DNA of 64,000 nucleotides from an uncultured Alphaproteobacteria bacterium (GCA_963825655.1 CAWGTS010000002.1:144549-208548); one strand, 5' to 3'. Positions 29,989 through 41,531 are shown, counted from the stretch's first letter. Notes: generated by a model from the letters alone, not told the origin. Numbers and translations: made by a program.

Positions 29989-31893
29989 ATGAAGTTCTCC
30001 GATTCGTTCCTCGATGAGATCCGCGCCCGGCTCCCCGTGAGCCAGGTCGTCTCGCGCCGCGTGCAGCTCAAACGGGCCGGGCGCGAGTGGAAGGGCCTGT
30101 CGCCCTTCAACCGTGAAAAGACGCCGTCCTTCACCGTGAACGACCAGAAGGGCTTCTATCACTGCTTCTCCTCCTCGAAGCACGGCGACATCTTCACCTT
30201 CGTCATGGAGACAGAGGGCTTGAGCTTCCCCGAAGCTGTCGAGCGGCTGGCGGGCGAGGCGGGGGTGCCCATGCCCGCGCCCGATCCCCAATATGAGCGC
30301 ACGGTGAAGGAGCGGCTCGGGCTGATGGATGCGCTCGAGGCCGCCGCCAAGCTCTACGAGCAGGCGCTGCGGTCGGAAGCGGGACGCGAGGCGCTTCACT
30401 ATGCGGAAGGCCGCGGCATCTCCCGCGACACGATCAGCGAGTTCCGCATCGGCTACGCGCCGGGCGGCCGCGACAGATTAAAGACCGCGCTGCTGGAACG
30501 CGGCTTCACCGAGGCGCAATTGCTGGATGCAGGGCTCGTCATTAAGCCGGACGACGGCCGCCCCACCTATGACCGCTTCCGCAACCGGCTCACCATTCCC
30601 ATTCTCGACCTCAAGTCGCGAGTGATCGCTTTCGGCGCCCGCGCGCTTGAGCCGGACGCCCAGCCCAAATATCTGAACTCGCCGGAGACGCGCCTCTTCG
30701 ACAAAGGCTCGATGGTCTACAACTTCGCCCGCGCCCGCCCCTCGGCGTTCGAGAAAGGCGAGCTCATCGTGGTCGAAGGCTATATGGACGTGATCGCGCT
30801 CCACCAGGCAGGTTTCAAGAATGTGGTGGCCACGCTCGGCACCGCCTTCACCGAGCGGCAGATGGAGCAGCTGTGGCAGCTCGCGCCGGAGCCCGTGATC
30901 TGCTTCGACGGCGACAAGGCGGGCGAGGGGGCGGCCGCGCGCGCCGTCGACCGCATGCTCCCTGCATTGCGCGAGGGCCACTCCTTTCGCTTCGCCTTCC
31001 TGCCCCAAGGCCAGGACCCGGACGATCTCGTGCGCGGCGCGGGGCCGGGCGCCTTTGCCGAATGCGTGAACAATGCGCAGCCGCTCATCGACATGCTCTG
31101 GCGGCGGGAGAAGCAGGCCATGGTTCTCGATACGCCCGAGCGCCGGGCCGCCTTCGAGGCGCGCGTCGAGAACCTGCTCGGCGAGATCGGCAATATGCGG
31201 GTGCGCGAGCATTACCGCCGCGAGATCAAGAACCGGCTGTTCGAGCTGTGGCGTCCGCAAGCCTCGCGTGGGCGCGGGGCCGGTAAGGGCAGGTCGCCCG
31301 CCAAGCCTGGGCGCCGCGAGGCGATGCCGCCGCCGACCGCTTACGGCTTTGTCACCATCGTCATCCTGGCGCTCGTCAACCATCCCTGGCTGCTCGATCA
31401 TTTCGCCGAAGAGGTCGCGAGCGTGGAGGTGCGCGACAAGCCGCTCGCGGCGCTGCTCGCGAGCGTCACCAAGGCGATCTTCGAGGATCCCGCCATCACC
31501 CGCGAGGGCTTGATCGCCCAGCTTCGCGACGGGCCCCATGCCAAGGTGCTGGAGCGGCTCTTCTGGGAGAGCCCATTCAAGCGCGTGGCCTTCCTCCAGC
31601 CCGAGACGCCGCAAGCCGACGTGGAGGCGCAGTTCACCGACGTCCTCTACCGCTGGCGGGCGCTGCCGACCCTCAACCGCGAGATCGCCGAGAGCGCCAA
31701 CCACCTCGCGGAAATGTCCGACGCCGAGTACGAGCGCTTCACTACGCTTCAGCAGGAGGTGGCGAGCATCGGCCAGCATCACGAGGCGGACGATGCCGGC
31801 GAGGGCGAAGCCAATAAGCGCTTTCAGGAGATGCTGGCCCGCCTCAAGAAGGAGCCCTTATCGAAGGGCCGGCGCGCCGAGAAGCGGCATTAG
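29989..31893 (+). CDS. dnaG: DNA primase
   Basis: Zn-finger region PFNREKTPSF...HCF; KYLNSPET; TOPRIM VEGYMDV and FDGD; DPD. Confidence 0.96.
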   Translation: MKFSDSFLDEIRARLPVSQVVSRRVQLKRAGREWKGLSPFNREKTPSFTVNDQKGFYHCFSSSKHGDIFTFVMETEGLSFPEAVERLAGEAGVPMPAPDPQYERTVKERLGLMDALEAAAKLYEQALRSEAGREALHYAEGRGISRDTISEFRIGYAPGGRDRLKTALLERGFTEAQLLDAGLVIKPDDGRPTYDRFRNRLTIPILDLKSRVIAFGARALEPDAQPKYLNSPETRLFDKGSMVYNFARARPSAFEKGELIVVEGYMDVIALHQAGFKNVVATLGTAFTERQMEQLWQLAPEPVICFDGDKAGEGAAARAVDRMLPALREGHSFRFAFLPQGQDPDDLVRGAGPGAFAECVNNAQPLIDMLWRREKQAMVLDTPERRAAFEARVENLLGEIGNMRVREHYRREIKNRLFELWRPQASRGRGAGKGRSPAKPGRREAMPPPTAYGFVTIVILALVNHPWLLDHFAEEVASVEVRDKPLAALLASVTKAIFEDPAITREGLIAQLRDGPHAKVLERLFWESPFKRVAFLQPETPQADVEAQFTDVLYRWRALPTLNREIAESANHLAEMSDAEYERFTTLQQEVASIGQHHEADDAGEGEANKRFQEMLARLKKEPLSKGRRAEKRH

Positions 31894-32016
31894 GCCAAGG
31901 CCCGTGACAAGGTTCGTGAAACCGTCGGCCATGGGTTAGAGTTGAACCCACCTGAGAGGACAAGCCCGCCCACAATGTGCGGGTGCTTGGTTCTCCCAAG
32001 GAGGGAGCGACGGGGA

Positions 32017-32550
32017 ATGGGATGCCTCCGGTTTTTGGCCGCACTACTGCTTGCGGCATGCGTTTTCTGCGCTGCGGGCACGGCGGCGCACGCCAACATC
32101 GCCATTCTCATCGACAAGCCGACCCAGACCATGACCGTGACGGTCGACGGCCAGGTGCGCTACCGCTGGCCCGTGTCGACCGGCGCCAGCAAATATTCGA
32201 CGCCAGCCGGCTCCTACACGGCGTTTCGCATGGTGCGGATGCACTACTCGCAGGAATGGGACAATGCCGGCATGCCGCACTCGATCTTCTTCACCACGCG
32301 CGGCCACGCGATTCACGGCTCCAACCATCCCGGTCTCGGCACCCCGGCCTCTCACGGCTGCGTCCGCCTCTCGCTGCCGAACGCCGCCACGCTCTTTCAG
32401 CTGGTCGAGGCCCGCGGCGTGACATCGGCTAAGGTCGTGGTGCGGGGGTCCGATCCGCCCGGCTACCATGCCCCGACCGACATCCCCACGGCCGCGGCGC
32501 CGTCGCGGCAGAAGCGGCGCGGGCTCTTTGGCGGCCTATTCGGCCGGTAA
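32017..32550 (+). CDS. L,D-transpeptidase (YkuD family)
   Basis: WPVSTG; AIHGS; ASHGCVRL; signal peptide. Confidence 0.9.
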   Translation: MGCLRFLAALLLAACVFCAAGTAAHANIAILIDKPTQTMTVTVDGQVRYRWPVSTGASKYSTPAGSYTAFRMVRMHYSQEWDNAGMPHSIFFTTRGHAIHGSNHPGLGTPASHGCVRLSLPNAATLFQLVEARGVTSAKVVVRGSDPPGYHAPTDIPTAAAPSRQKRRGLFGGLFGR

Positions 32551-32741
32551 AGGCCGATCACGGACGAAAAAAGTATCAAAACCAATCGGATGGACAATCC
32601 GCGGTTGAGTGTTGCCTATCGGCACTATTTTTGAGCGGACCGGTTTCCTAAACTTATCTCACGAATCTTTGGCTGGCGCAGGCGAACGCGCGCCGGCACG
32701 ACGCTTGAGGGGGTTTCAGTGGGGCGCCGTTCTACACGGGG

Positions 32742-35709
32742 ATGACCACCGGCGTCTGCGCGGACGCGCAGACGCGCTGCGCGCGAGCCCGCCCGTCGAA
32801 CGGCTCCGCACGTTCTCCATCTCCGCTTATGATCGGCAACGCGCCATTCGCTGCTGCTCGGCACGGCGCTCGCCTCGACGCTTCTGATCGCCACGGTGAC
32901 CGCGCCGACGCCGGCCAGCGCGCAAGTGACCTGTCCACCCGGGACCTTCCCGCCGCCAGGCCCCATCACGCTCAACCCTGCTGGAGACAGCGTCAATTGC
33001 GTGAATGTTTTCAACCGCAACAATGCCGGTGCTCCCGTTATCGACCTGGTGACCTACGGCGCTGGTCAATTCATTACGCTCAACAACAGCGGGGACCTGA
33101 CGTCGCCCGACGACCGCGGCATCCGCGCCTATAGCCAGGGCCTCAACAGTCCCGTCGATGTTTTCAACACGGGCGACATCGACTCCTACAGGGCAGGCAT
33201 TTACGCCAAGGCCCGCTTCGGCGCGCTCGACGTCTTCAATTCCGGCCATATTACCGGCGTTTATGCCGGTATCCAGGCTGCGACCGGCACCGGTGGGGGC
33301 CCAAATAGTCCTCTGAGTATCATCAACACCGGCGACATCGATCTGCAGCAAGGCACAGCCATCAGCGCGAATACCTACCAGGCGCAGAGCGAACTCTCGG
33401 TCGTGAACAGCGGCGCGCTCACAGGGGGCCGGACCGGACTCGGTGCCTCAACCTCTGGTGCGGATAGCCGGCTCACAATCCACAACAGCGGCCCTATTCG
33501 ATCGGTCAATGAGCCGACCAATTACAACTTTGGTGCTTTTGGCATCAACGCGTACTCGTACGGCGCGAACAGCCCCATCCATATCGTCAACAGCGGCGAC
33601 ATCTGGGCGACCGCCCCTGGCGGCTACAGCTTCGGCCTTTTAGCGGAGTCCTATGGCGACAACAGTCCGGTCACCATCATCAACAGGGCTCCGATTTGGG
33701 TGCGCGCGCCGGGAGGCGAGGCTGACGGCATCAACGGCGATAGCGAGGGCGCCGACAGCCCCGTCAACATCGTGAACACTGGCCCTCTTTCGGTTATGGG
33801 TCGCTACGCCGATGGCATCGATGTTGAAACCGATGGTGACCGCAGTCCGGTCAGTATCGTAAACAGCTCGAGTATCTCGGTGACCGGAAGCTACTCTGCG
33901 GTTGGCATAAGCGTGACCGCCGAGGGCGCTTCGAGCCCGATTACGATCAACAACGCGGGCTCGGTGCATGCTACGGGCTCCGGCCCAGACGTCGCTGCCA
34001 TCTACGTGTCGAGCCCAAGCGGCACGACGATCGTCAATTCGGGCGACATTGGCGCGTCGAACAACCTTGCCATTCTCGGTTACAGCGGTCCGGTCGACAT
34101 TCTCAACACCGGAACCATCACCGGCTTCGTGCTTCTCGACGCGGACGACCGCTTCATCAACCAAGCCGGTGGCGTGTTCGAGGCGCGGGGCACGTCCGAC
34201 TTCGATGCCTACGGCACGGGCGGCGACGATCTGTTCCGCAACGAGGCGGGCGGCACGGTGCACGTTGCCGGCGATGTCGGCATCGTCAATCTGGAGCGCT
34301 TCGAGAACCAAGGCCTGATCTCCATGGTGGACGGGCGCCCTGGAGACAGTTTCGCGATCTCGAACACGCCCGGCGGGACGGATCTCGACTTCGTCGCGTC
34401 CGGCAATTCGCGGCTGGCGGTGGATGCCTTCCTCGGCGGGCCCGGCAACTCGTCGTCCGACACCTTCACCATCGAAGGCGACGTGTCGGGCGTGACGAGG
34501 GTTTCGGTCGTCAACACCAATTACGGGCCGGGCGTGTTCAACCCGTCCGGCATGCGGGTGGTGACCGTGACCGGCGCCATGCCGAACCCGAACGCCTTCC
34601 AGTTGGACGAGTCCATCGACACCGGCTTTTTCAATTACGATCTGTTCTTCACGCCGACAGGCAGTGGCTACTGGAACTTGCGCAGCTTCCCCGGTGGCGG
34701 GGCTTATTTGCTGCCGCAGCTCGTGACCGCGGCGCAGGACATCTGGCATCAGAGTTCGTCGACCTGGTTCGACCGCACCGCGGACTTGCGCGTGCTGCTC
34801 ACGGGCGGAACTGCGCCGACCGCCTACGATCCGGGCGGCAAGTCGCTCAGCGCGGCAGGACCCTATCCGCTGACGCCGGCCGTGTGGGCGCGGGGGTCCG
34901 GAAGCTGGCTCGACCGGAACGACACGGCGCGCATCACCGCTTACGGCCGCGACTATACGTTCGACATGGACCGGGAGCTGCAGACCCTCGATTTCCAGGT
35001 TGGCGTGGACATGGGCAAGCGCGACGCGCTGACCCAAGGGGACGCGCTGGTGTTCGGTCTCTTGGGCGGGTTGGTCCATGGCGATCTCGACTACGACGCG
35101 CTCGCCCGCAACTTCAATTTCGACGGCGGTCAGGTCGGCGTCTACGCCACCTATCTCAATGGCGGCCTGTTCGTGGACACGCTGGCCAACGTGCACCTCT
35201 ATTCGCTGGAGACCAGCACGCTGGGCTTCCCCTCCAGTCTCGACGCCAACACGGTGGGCCTCCGCACCGATACCGGCTACCGCTTCGGCTCGTTCTCGGG
35301 AGGCCCGTTCCTCGAGCCGCTGGCGACCCTCGAAGTGACCTGGGCCGATATCGACGGCTTCTCGCTCGGCGGCAACACGATCAGCTTCGACGATGACGCC
35401 AATGTCCGCGGGCGGCTCGGCTTGCGCGCCGGCACCACCATGAATGCCTGGGAAGGCACGCTGATGGAGCCCTTCGTCACCGGAAGCCTTTGGGGCAACC
35501 TCACCGGCGACAATTCCGCGACGCTCGTCTCCACTGGACGGACGTTCCGCTTCGAGGACCGGCTCGAAGACGTGTGGGGCGAGGTCTCGGCGGGCGTGAA
35601 CGTCTTCAACTTCACCCAGACCACAGCCGTATTCGCCAAACTCGACGTCACCTTCGGCGATGACCTCACCGGCGTCGGCGGCAAAGCCGGCATGCGCGTC
35701 AACTGGTAA
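32742..35709 (+). pseudogene. Autotransporter whose signal-peptide region is frameshifted
   Basis: Repetitive I.NSG.I passenger and beta-barrel ending GMRVNW; h-region RHSLLLGTALASTLL lies after an in-frame TGA (32830), while ATG 32742 is one base out of frame. Confidence 0.75.
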
Positions 35710-35711
35710 CA

Positions 35712-35778
35712 GCGCTCAAGTAGGCCAGAGGCCGGTAGCGCATTACAAAACCGCGCTCAAGTAGGCCAGAGGCCGGTA
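35712..35778. repeat. Tandem 28-bp palindromic repeat, locus 1
   Basis: GCGCTCAAGTAGGCCAGAGGCCGGTA at 35712 and 35753. Confidence 0.85.
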
Positions 35779-36235
35779 ATGCTGAAAAGATTCCGCGGGT
35801 GAGGGGGTTTGGCTCTGCCCGTTAGAACCACCACCCCAAATCCGGCCCCGAACTTGCACCACTCCAGCAGGCTGTTTCCGAGCAGGAAAGGGACGAAAAA
35901 ACCTTACTGGCACGGACTTTGCGGCCTTGACAGGGGGGGCGCCTCTCGCCAAGTCATGCCCATAGCGCGGGCATCCGCGTGAAAACCCCGCAAATGGCGG
36001 AAAAGCGTTGCGTCTGTGCCGCGTTGCAGTCGCTTCAAGTGCCGCGTGGGGACGGTGCCGCGTGCGGCAGTGCCGGGTTGGCCCCTCCCGAGGGAGGTTC
36101 GACCGAAGGCCCCGTGAAGCCCCGCGTCGATAAGTCTGAGAACTGTGTTGCAGGCTGGATGGTCTAACAGGAGGCATTTCGGCCCCGAATTGGGCGAAAA
36201 ACGCGAGGCTTTCTCGCATTCCCCGGGGGCCATGC

Positions 36236-36250
36236 TTAATTGACGGTTAA
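36236..36250. promoter_or_regulatory. CtrA-type box upstream of rpoD
   Basis: TTAA-ttgacgg-TTAA, about 150 nt before the rpoD start. Confidence 0.65.
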
Positions 36251-36401
36251 GGGTGCGCCCGTTAATCGCTTCTGGGACGTGCCGCCGCTGGGCGCCCAGG
36301 GCCAGACGGTGGCAGATATAGAGATGCGGATATTGAGAGGTTTTTCCCCTCTCCCGACCATGAGAGCGGCGCCCTTCAAGGGACAGCCCCGGAGTATATG
36401 A

Positions 36402-38381
36402 ATGGCAACCAAGACAGCTGAAGCCGACGAGCAAGAGCCCGAGACCCAGTCCCAGTCCCAGGATGGACCGGTGCTCGACATGTCCGACGCGGCCGTCAAG
36501 AAGCTGATCAAGACGGCGAAGGCCCGCGGCTTCGTGACCTATGACGAGCTGAACGAGGTCCTGCCCTCGGAGGAAGTATCCTCCGAGCAGATCGAGGACA
36601 CCATGTCCATGCTGTCGGACATGGGCATCAACGTCATCGATAGCGACGACGCCGAAGAGGCCGAGAGCGCGGACGGCGAAGGCAAGGCCGTGGTCGCGCA
36701 GGCCGCCGTCGCCAAGCCCGAGACCGCCGCCAAGGAGCCCACCGAGCGCACCGACGATCCCGTGCGCATGTATCTGCGCGAGATGGGCACCGTCGAGCTT
36801 CTTTCCCGCGAGGGCGAGATCGCCATCGCCAAGCGCATCGAGGCCGGCCGCGAGGCCATGATCGCAGGGCTCTGCGAAAGCCCGCTCACCTTCCAGGCCA
36901 TCATCATCTGGCGCGACGAGCTGAACGAAGGCAAGATTCTGCTCCGCGACATCATCGATCTCGAAGCCACCTATCAGGGCCCCGACGCCAAGGTCGTGCC
37001 CTCCCAGCCGCTGCCGGGCGAGGAGCCCGAGGAGGAAGAGGAGAAGGCCGCCGAGGAGGGCGAGGAGAAAGAGGGCGAAGAGGAAGAGGACGACGAGGAC
37101 GATCTGGAGAACTCGCTTTCGCTCGCCGCCATGGAGGCCGAGCTCAAGCCGCAAGTGCTCGAGACCTTCGATCTGGTCGCCACCAACTACAAGAAGCTCC
37201 GCCGCCTTCAGGACCAGCTGGTCGAACGCGCGCTGAAGAACGACACGCTCTCGTCTTCGCAAGAGAAGCGCTACAAGGTGCTGAAGGACGAGATCGTCAC
37301 CGAGGTGAAGTCGCTCCAGCTCAATACCAACCGTATCGAGTCCCTGGTCGAGACCCTCTACGACATCAACAAGAAGCTGATGGGCTATGAGGGCCGCCTG
37401 CTGCGCCTGGCCGAAGGCTATGGCGTCGCGCGCGAGGACTTCCTCGGCGAATATCAGAGCAACGAGCTCGACCCCAACTGGCTGCGCCGCGTCGGGCGCC
37501 TCAAGAAGAAGGGCTGGGCCGATTTCATCAAGGACGAGCGCGGGATGGTGAAGGAGCTCCGCTCCGCCATTCAGCAGCTCGCCGCCGAGACGGGGCTCGA
37601 GATCTCCGAGTTTCGCCGCATCGTGCATATCGTGCAGAAGGGCGAGCGCGAGGCGCGCCAGGCGAAGAAGGAGATGGTCGAGGCCAATTTGCGTCTCGTG
37701 ATCTCCATCGCCAAGAAATACACGAACCGCGGCCTTCAGTTCCTCGACCTCATCCAGGAAGGAAACATCGGCCTGATGAAGGCCGTCGATAAGTTCGAGT
37801 ATCGCCGCGGCTACAAGTTCTCGACCTACGCCACGTGGTGGATCCGTCAGGCGATCACCCGCTCGATTGCCGATCAGGCGCGCACCATCCGCATCCCCGT
37901 GCACATGATCGAGACCATCAACAAGATCGTGCGCACCTCCCGCCAGATGCTGCACGAGATCGGCCGCGAGCCGACGCCGGAGGAGCTCGCCGAGAAATTG
38001 GCCATGCCGCTGGAGAAGGTGCGCAAGGTCCTCAAGATCGCCAAGGAGCCCATCAGCCTCGAGACGCCGATCGGCGACGAGGAGGATTCCTATCTCGGCG
38101 ATTTCATCGAGGACAAGAACGCGGTGCTCCCCATCGACGCCGCGATCCAGTCCAATCTGCGCGAGACGACGACGCGGGTGCTGGCGTCCCTCACGCCGCG
38201 CGAGGAGCGCGTGCTCCGCATGCGCTTCGGCATCGGCATGAACACCGACCATACTTTGGAAGAGGTCGGCCAGCAGTTCTCGGTCACCCGCGAGCGCATC
38301 CGCCAGATCGAGGCCAAAGCCTTGCGCAAGCTGAAGCACCCGAGCCGCTCGCGCAAACTCCGCAGCTTCCTCGATAATTAG
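36402..38381 (+). CDS. rpoD: Primary sigma factor sigma70
   Basis: Region 1.1; [47 protein letters not shown]. Confidence 0.98.
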   Translation: MATKTAEADEQEPETQSQSQDGPVLDMSDAAVKKLIKTAKARGFVTYDELNEVLPSEEVSSEQIEDTMSMLSDMGINVIDSDDAEEAESADGEGKAVVAQAAVAKPETAAKEPTERTDDPVRMYLREMGTVELLSREGEIAIAKRIEAGREAMIAGLCESPLTFQAIIIWRDELNEGKILLRDIIDLEATYQGPDAKVVPSQPLPGEEPEEEEEKAAEEGEEKEGEEEEDDEDDLENSLSLAAMEAELKPQVLETFDLVATNYKKLRRLQDQLVERALKNDTLSSSQEKRYKVLKDEIVTEVKSLQLNTNRIESLVETLYDINKKLMGYEGRLLRLAEGYGVAREDFLGEYQSNELDPNWLRRVGRLKKKGWADFIKDERGMVKELRSAIQQLAAETGLEISEFRRIVHIVQKGEREARQAKKEMVEANLRLVISIAKKYTNRGLQFLDLIQEGNIGLMKAVDKFEYRRGYKFSTYATWWIRQAITRSIADQARTIRIPVHMIETINKIVRTSRQMLHEIGREPTPEELAEKLAMPLEKVRKVLKIAKEPISLETPIGDEEDSYLGDFIEDKNAVLPIDAAIQSNLRETTTRVLASLTPREERVLRMRFGIGMNTDHTLEEVGQQFSVTRERIRQIEAKALRKLKHPSRSRKLRSFLDN

Positions 38382-38404
38382 CGCGCCAGCGTCTCACCAC
38401 ACTC

Positions 38405-38504
38405 CTTCGTCATGCCCGGGCTTGTCCCGGGCATCCAATAGGGCATCGCCGCATATACGGAAGCGCCTCATTGGATTGCCGGTAGAAGTCCGGCAATGAC
38501 GAAG
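38405..38504. repeat. Intergenic palindromic element
   Basis: Terminal inverted repeats CTTCGTCAT/ATGACGAAG; internal hairpins ATGCCCGGG-CTTGT-CCCGGGCAT and ATTGCCGG...CCGGCAAT. Confidence 0.75.
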
Positions 38505-38532
38505 TGGGTGTTGCGCTTTCTCGACAACTAGC

Positions 38533-38644
38533 CGTCATCCTGAGGTGCGCGCAGTAACGCGCGCCTCGAAGGAGGGCCTTTGCTTGCCGGCGCGTGCTTC
38601 GAGGCTCCCCCCGGATCAAGTCCGGGGCGCACCTCAGCATGACG
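38533..38644. repeat. Second intergenic palindromic element
   Basis: CGTCATCCTGAGGTGCGC...GCGCACCTCAGCATGACG with internal CCTCGAAG/CTTCGAGG. Confidence 0.75.
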
Positions 38645-38698
38645 CGCCGCCCCCATTCGGCTTAAACTCCTCACCCCGCCACAAAGAGGAAGCCGGCC

Positions 38699-39400
38699 AT
38701 GTTCGAGGATCCGCTGTTTTGGCTGTTCGTGGGCCCGGGCCTGTTGCTCGGCCTTTACGCGCAAGGCCGCATCAAGGCGAACGTCGCCAAATATGCGCAA
38801 GTGCCGACGCAGAGCGGCGTCACGGGCGCCGAGGTAGCGCGGCGGCTTCTGGATGCGCAAGGCCTGCAAGGGGTGAGGATCGAGCCCACCGAGGGCGTGC
38901 TGTCGGATCATTACGACCCGCGCGCCAAGGTGCTCCGCCTCTCGCAGAAGGTCTATTACACGCCGAGCGTCGCCGCCGCCGGCATCGCCGCGCACGAGGC
39001 GGGGCATGCGCTGCAGGATGCGGAGGATTATTTCCCCATGGAGGCGCGCACCTACATCGTGCCGGTGGTGCAGCTCGCCTCGCAAATCGCGCCCTGGGCG
39101 TTCGTGGCGGGGCTCATGCTGCAGTGGAACACGCTGACCTGGATCGGTGTCATCCTGTTCGGCGCCTCGTTCTTCTTCGCGCTGCTGACGTTGCCGGTGG
39201 AATTCAACGCGAGCTCCCGCGCGAAGGCGCTCTTGGTCGGCCACGGCATCGTGGGGCGCGATCAGATCGAGGGCGTCGACAAGGTGCTGGATGCGGCGGC
39301 CTGGACCTATGTGGCGGCGGCGGTCTCGGCCGTCGGCGTCTGGCTGTTCTATATCTTCATGCTGTTGGGACGCGGGCGCAGCGCCTCGGCTGCAAGGTAG
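38699..39400 (+). CDS. Membrane zinc metallopeptidase (YugP-like)
   Basis: LSDHYDP; AAHEAGHALQ (HExxH); TLPVEFNAS; AAWTYVA. Confidence 0.9.
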   Translation: MFEDPLFWLFVGPGLLLGLYAQGRIKANVAKYAQVPTQSGVTGAEVARRLLDAQGLQGVRIEPTEGVLSDHYDPRAKVLRLSQKVYYTPSVAAAGIAAHEAGHALQDAEDYFPMEARTYIVPVVQLASQIAPWAFVAGLMLQWNTLTWIGVILFGASFFFALLTLPVEFNASSRAKALLVGHGIVGRDQIEGVDKVLDAAAWTYVAAAVSAVGVWLFYIFMLLGRGRSASAAR

Positions 39401-39402
39401 AT

Positions 39403-39492
39403 GCGCTCAATTAGGCCAGCGGCCGGTAGCGCAAAAAAGATGCGCTCAAGTAGGCCAGAGGCCGGTAGCACACCAAAGAAGGCCGGTAGCGC
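39403..39492. repeat. Tandem 28-bp palindromic repeat, locus 2
   Basis: Copies at 39403 and 39442, partial GGCCGGTAGCGC at 39481. Confidence 0.85.
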
Positions 39493-39505
39493 CAATAAGG
39501 CAATT

Positions 39506-40030
39506 TTACTCGATGATCGGCTCGCCGGGATCGTCGACGGAATCGGTCGGCACCGGGGCGACCTCGACCTCCGTCACGCCGTCCTCGACCATGCCGAGCT
39601 TGCGGGCCGCTTCCTTGGAGACGTCGATGATCCGCCCGTCCGCATACGGACCGCGGTCGTTGACCCGGACCACGACGGTGCGGCCGTTCTCGACGTTCTC
39701 GACCTCGACCTTGGTGCCGAAGGGCAGCGTGGGATGCGCCGCGGTCAGACGGCTCGGATCCATGGTCTCGCCGTTGGCCGTCGTCCGGCCGTCGAAATCA
39801 TACCAGGAGGCCTCGCCGGTCTTGGTCTTGAGCAGCGGGGCGTTGCTCGCGTCGGCGGGGAGGTTGGCGGGCACGACGGCTGCCGGGCCCGCTTTGTCGC
39901 GCGCCTCGAGCTTCTGGGGGATCAGGCCGGATTGGGCAAGCGCCACCGCGAACAGGAGGGCCGCAAGGGAGGCCAGCGTAATGCTGGTGGCGCGGGTGTT
40001 GCCGCTTTTGCAAGGTTGGCGCTCGGTCAT
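39506..40030 (-). CDS. RlpA-family double-psi beta-barrel protein
   Basis: GEASWY; TANGE; LTAAHPTLPFGT; VNDRGPY; RIIDVS. Confidence 0.88.
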   Translation of the reverse strand: MTERQPCKSGNTRATSITLASLAALLFAVALAQSGLIPQKLEARDKAGPAAVVPANLPADASNAPLLKTKTGEASWYDFDGRTTANGETMDPSRLTAAHPTLPFGTKVEVENVENGRTVVVRVNDRGPYADGRIIDVSKEAARKLGMVEDGVTEVEVAPVPTDSVDDPGEPIIE

Positions 40031-40199
40031 GCCGGGAAGTCCTCGACACTGTACCATCACGACTGCTTAACGTGCGGCGCGGCGAAGGGTTCCCAGCCCT
40101 TTTGCACCGTTCTGGAGGCTCGATTTTATGGCTCGCGGGGGCCGGATGCGGGCGGATTGGTCGTAAAGACACCATGCGGAGCGCTGATATAGTCGGCCC

Positions 40200-41464
40200 A
40201 TGACCGACACCGCCACGACTGACCGGGAGACCGGCCCCGAGACCGAGCCGGAGACCCGCTTGCGCCCCGCGCCGATCGATTTCGCCTCCGCCATCATCGC
40301 CTCGGGGATCGCCGACATGCCCGTGGCGAACCTGGTGGAGACCGCCATGGAGCGGCTGGTGGCGGCCGGCGTGCCGCTCGCCCGCATGCATGTGGGTTTC
40401 CGCATTCTCCATCCGCTTTTCGACGGCATGAGCATCAGCTGGACGGACGAGACGGGCGTCCAGGTCGGCTATTTCGAGAACCTGGACGCGGACAACTCGG
40501 TCTACCGCCTGAGCCCGTTCTATTTCATGCTGTCCAACCAGCGCACCGAGTTCCGCGCCCGGCTCGATCGCGATGCGTGCGTGGAGAACTTTCCGCTGCT
40601 GGTGCAGCTCCGCGACGGCGGCCACACCGATTATCTGGCGCTGATCGTGGCCTTCGGCACCGCGCCGCTCCACCCGGAAAGCCATGACGGGCTCGGCACC
40701 ACATGGGCGACCAAGTGCCCGGACGGCTTCACGGAAGATCATGTTTGCGCCATGCGCCAGGTGTTGGCCCCGCTCGCGCTGGCACTGCGCGTCGTCATCA
40801 AGGACCAGATCACGCGCAACGCGCTCAATACCTTTCACGGGTCCCTGGTCGGCGGGCGGATCCTCTCGGGCACCATCAAGCGCGGCGACGGCGAGCGGTT
40901 GACCGCGGCCTTGTGGTACTCGGATCTGCGCAACTCGACCGCGCTGGCCGATCAACTCTCCGTCGAGGGGTTCCTTGATCTGCTCAACGTCTATTTCGAT
41001 TGCGCCGCCGGCGCGGTGATCGAGCAGCGCGGGCAGGTGCTCGACATCGTAGGCGATGCCATCCTGGCCTTCTTCCCGGCCGAGGAGGTGGGGGAGGAGG
41101 CGGCCTGCGGCGCTGCGCTGCGCTGCGCGCGGCGATCGGCGCGCAAAGCCGTCTTGCCGCGATGAAGGCGGACGGGTGCTCGCGCGCGGCCGAGATCGAT
41201 TTCGGCATTGGCGTGCATTTCGGCGACGTGGTGTTCGGCAATGCGAGCACGGCGGAGCGCTTGAAGTTCGGGGTCATCGGCCGCGCCGTGAACGAGGTCG
41301 CCCGCAACCAGGACATGTCGAAGCTCTTGGGCCAGCCGATCGTGGTGTCGGATACGGTGGCGGATCGCGCCGGCACGGGCCAGGATTATCGCCTTCAAAG
41401 TCTCGGCATGCACGATCTGCGCGGCATGCCCACCGCCCGGCGCCTGTGGGCTTTGCGGGCCTAA
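40200..41464 (+). pseudogene. Class III adenylate/guanylate cyclase frameshifted by a 5-nt tandem duplication
   Basis: YSDLRNST and VGDAILA in one frame, GIGVHFGDV and VIGRAVNEVAR in another; (CGCTG)3 at 41111-41125, deleting one unit restores the frame. Confidence 0.85.
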
Positions 41465-41531
41465 CATCCAAAAACAAAACACCCCCGGAAGCTTGGAGCT
41501 TCCGAGGGCGCTGAACTGAAAGGCGAGAGGA

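Noticed and set aside
35712-39492. 28-bp repeats as a CRISPR array
   Set aside because: Only 2-3 units per locus, spacers of about 11-13 nt, no cas genes or leader
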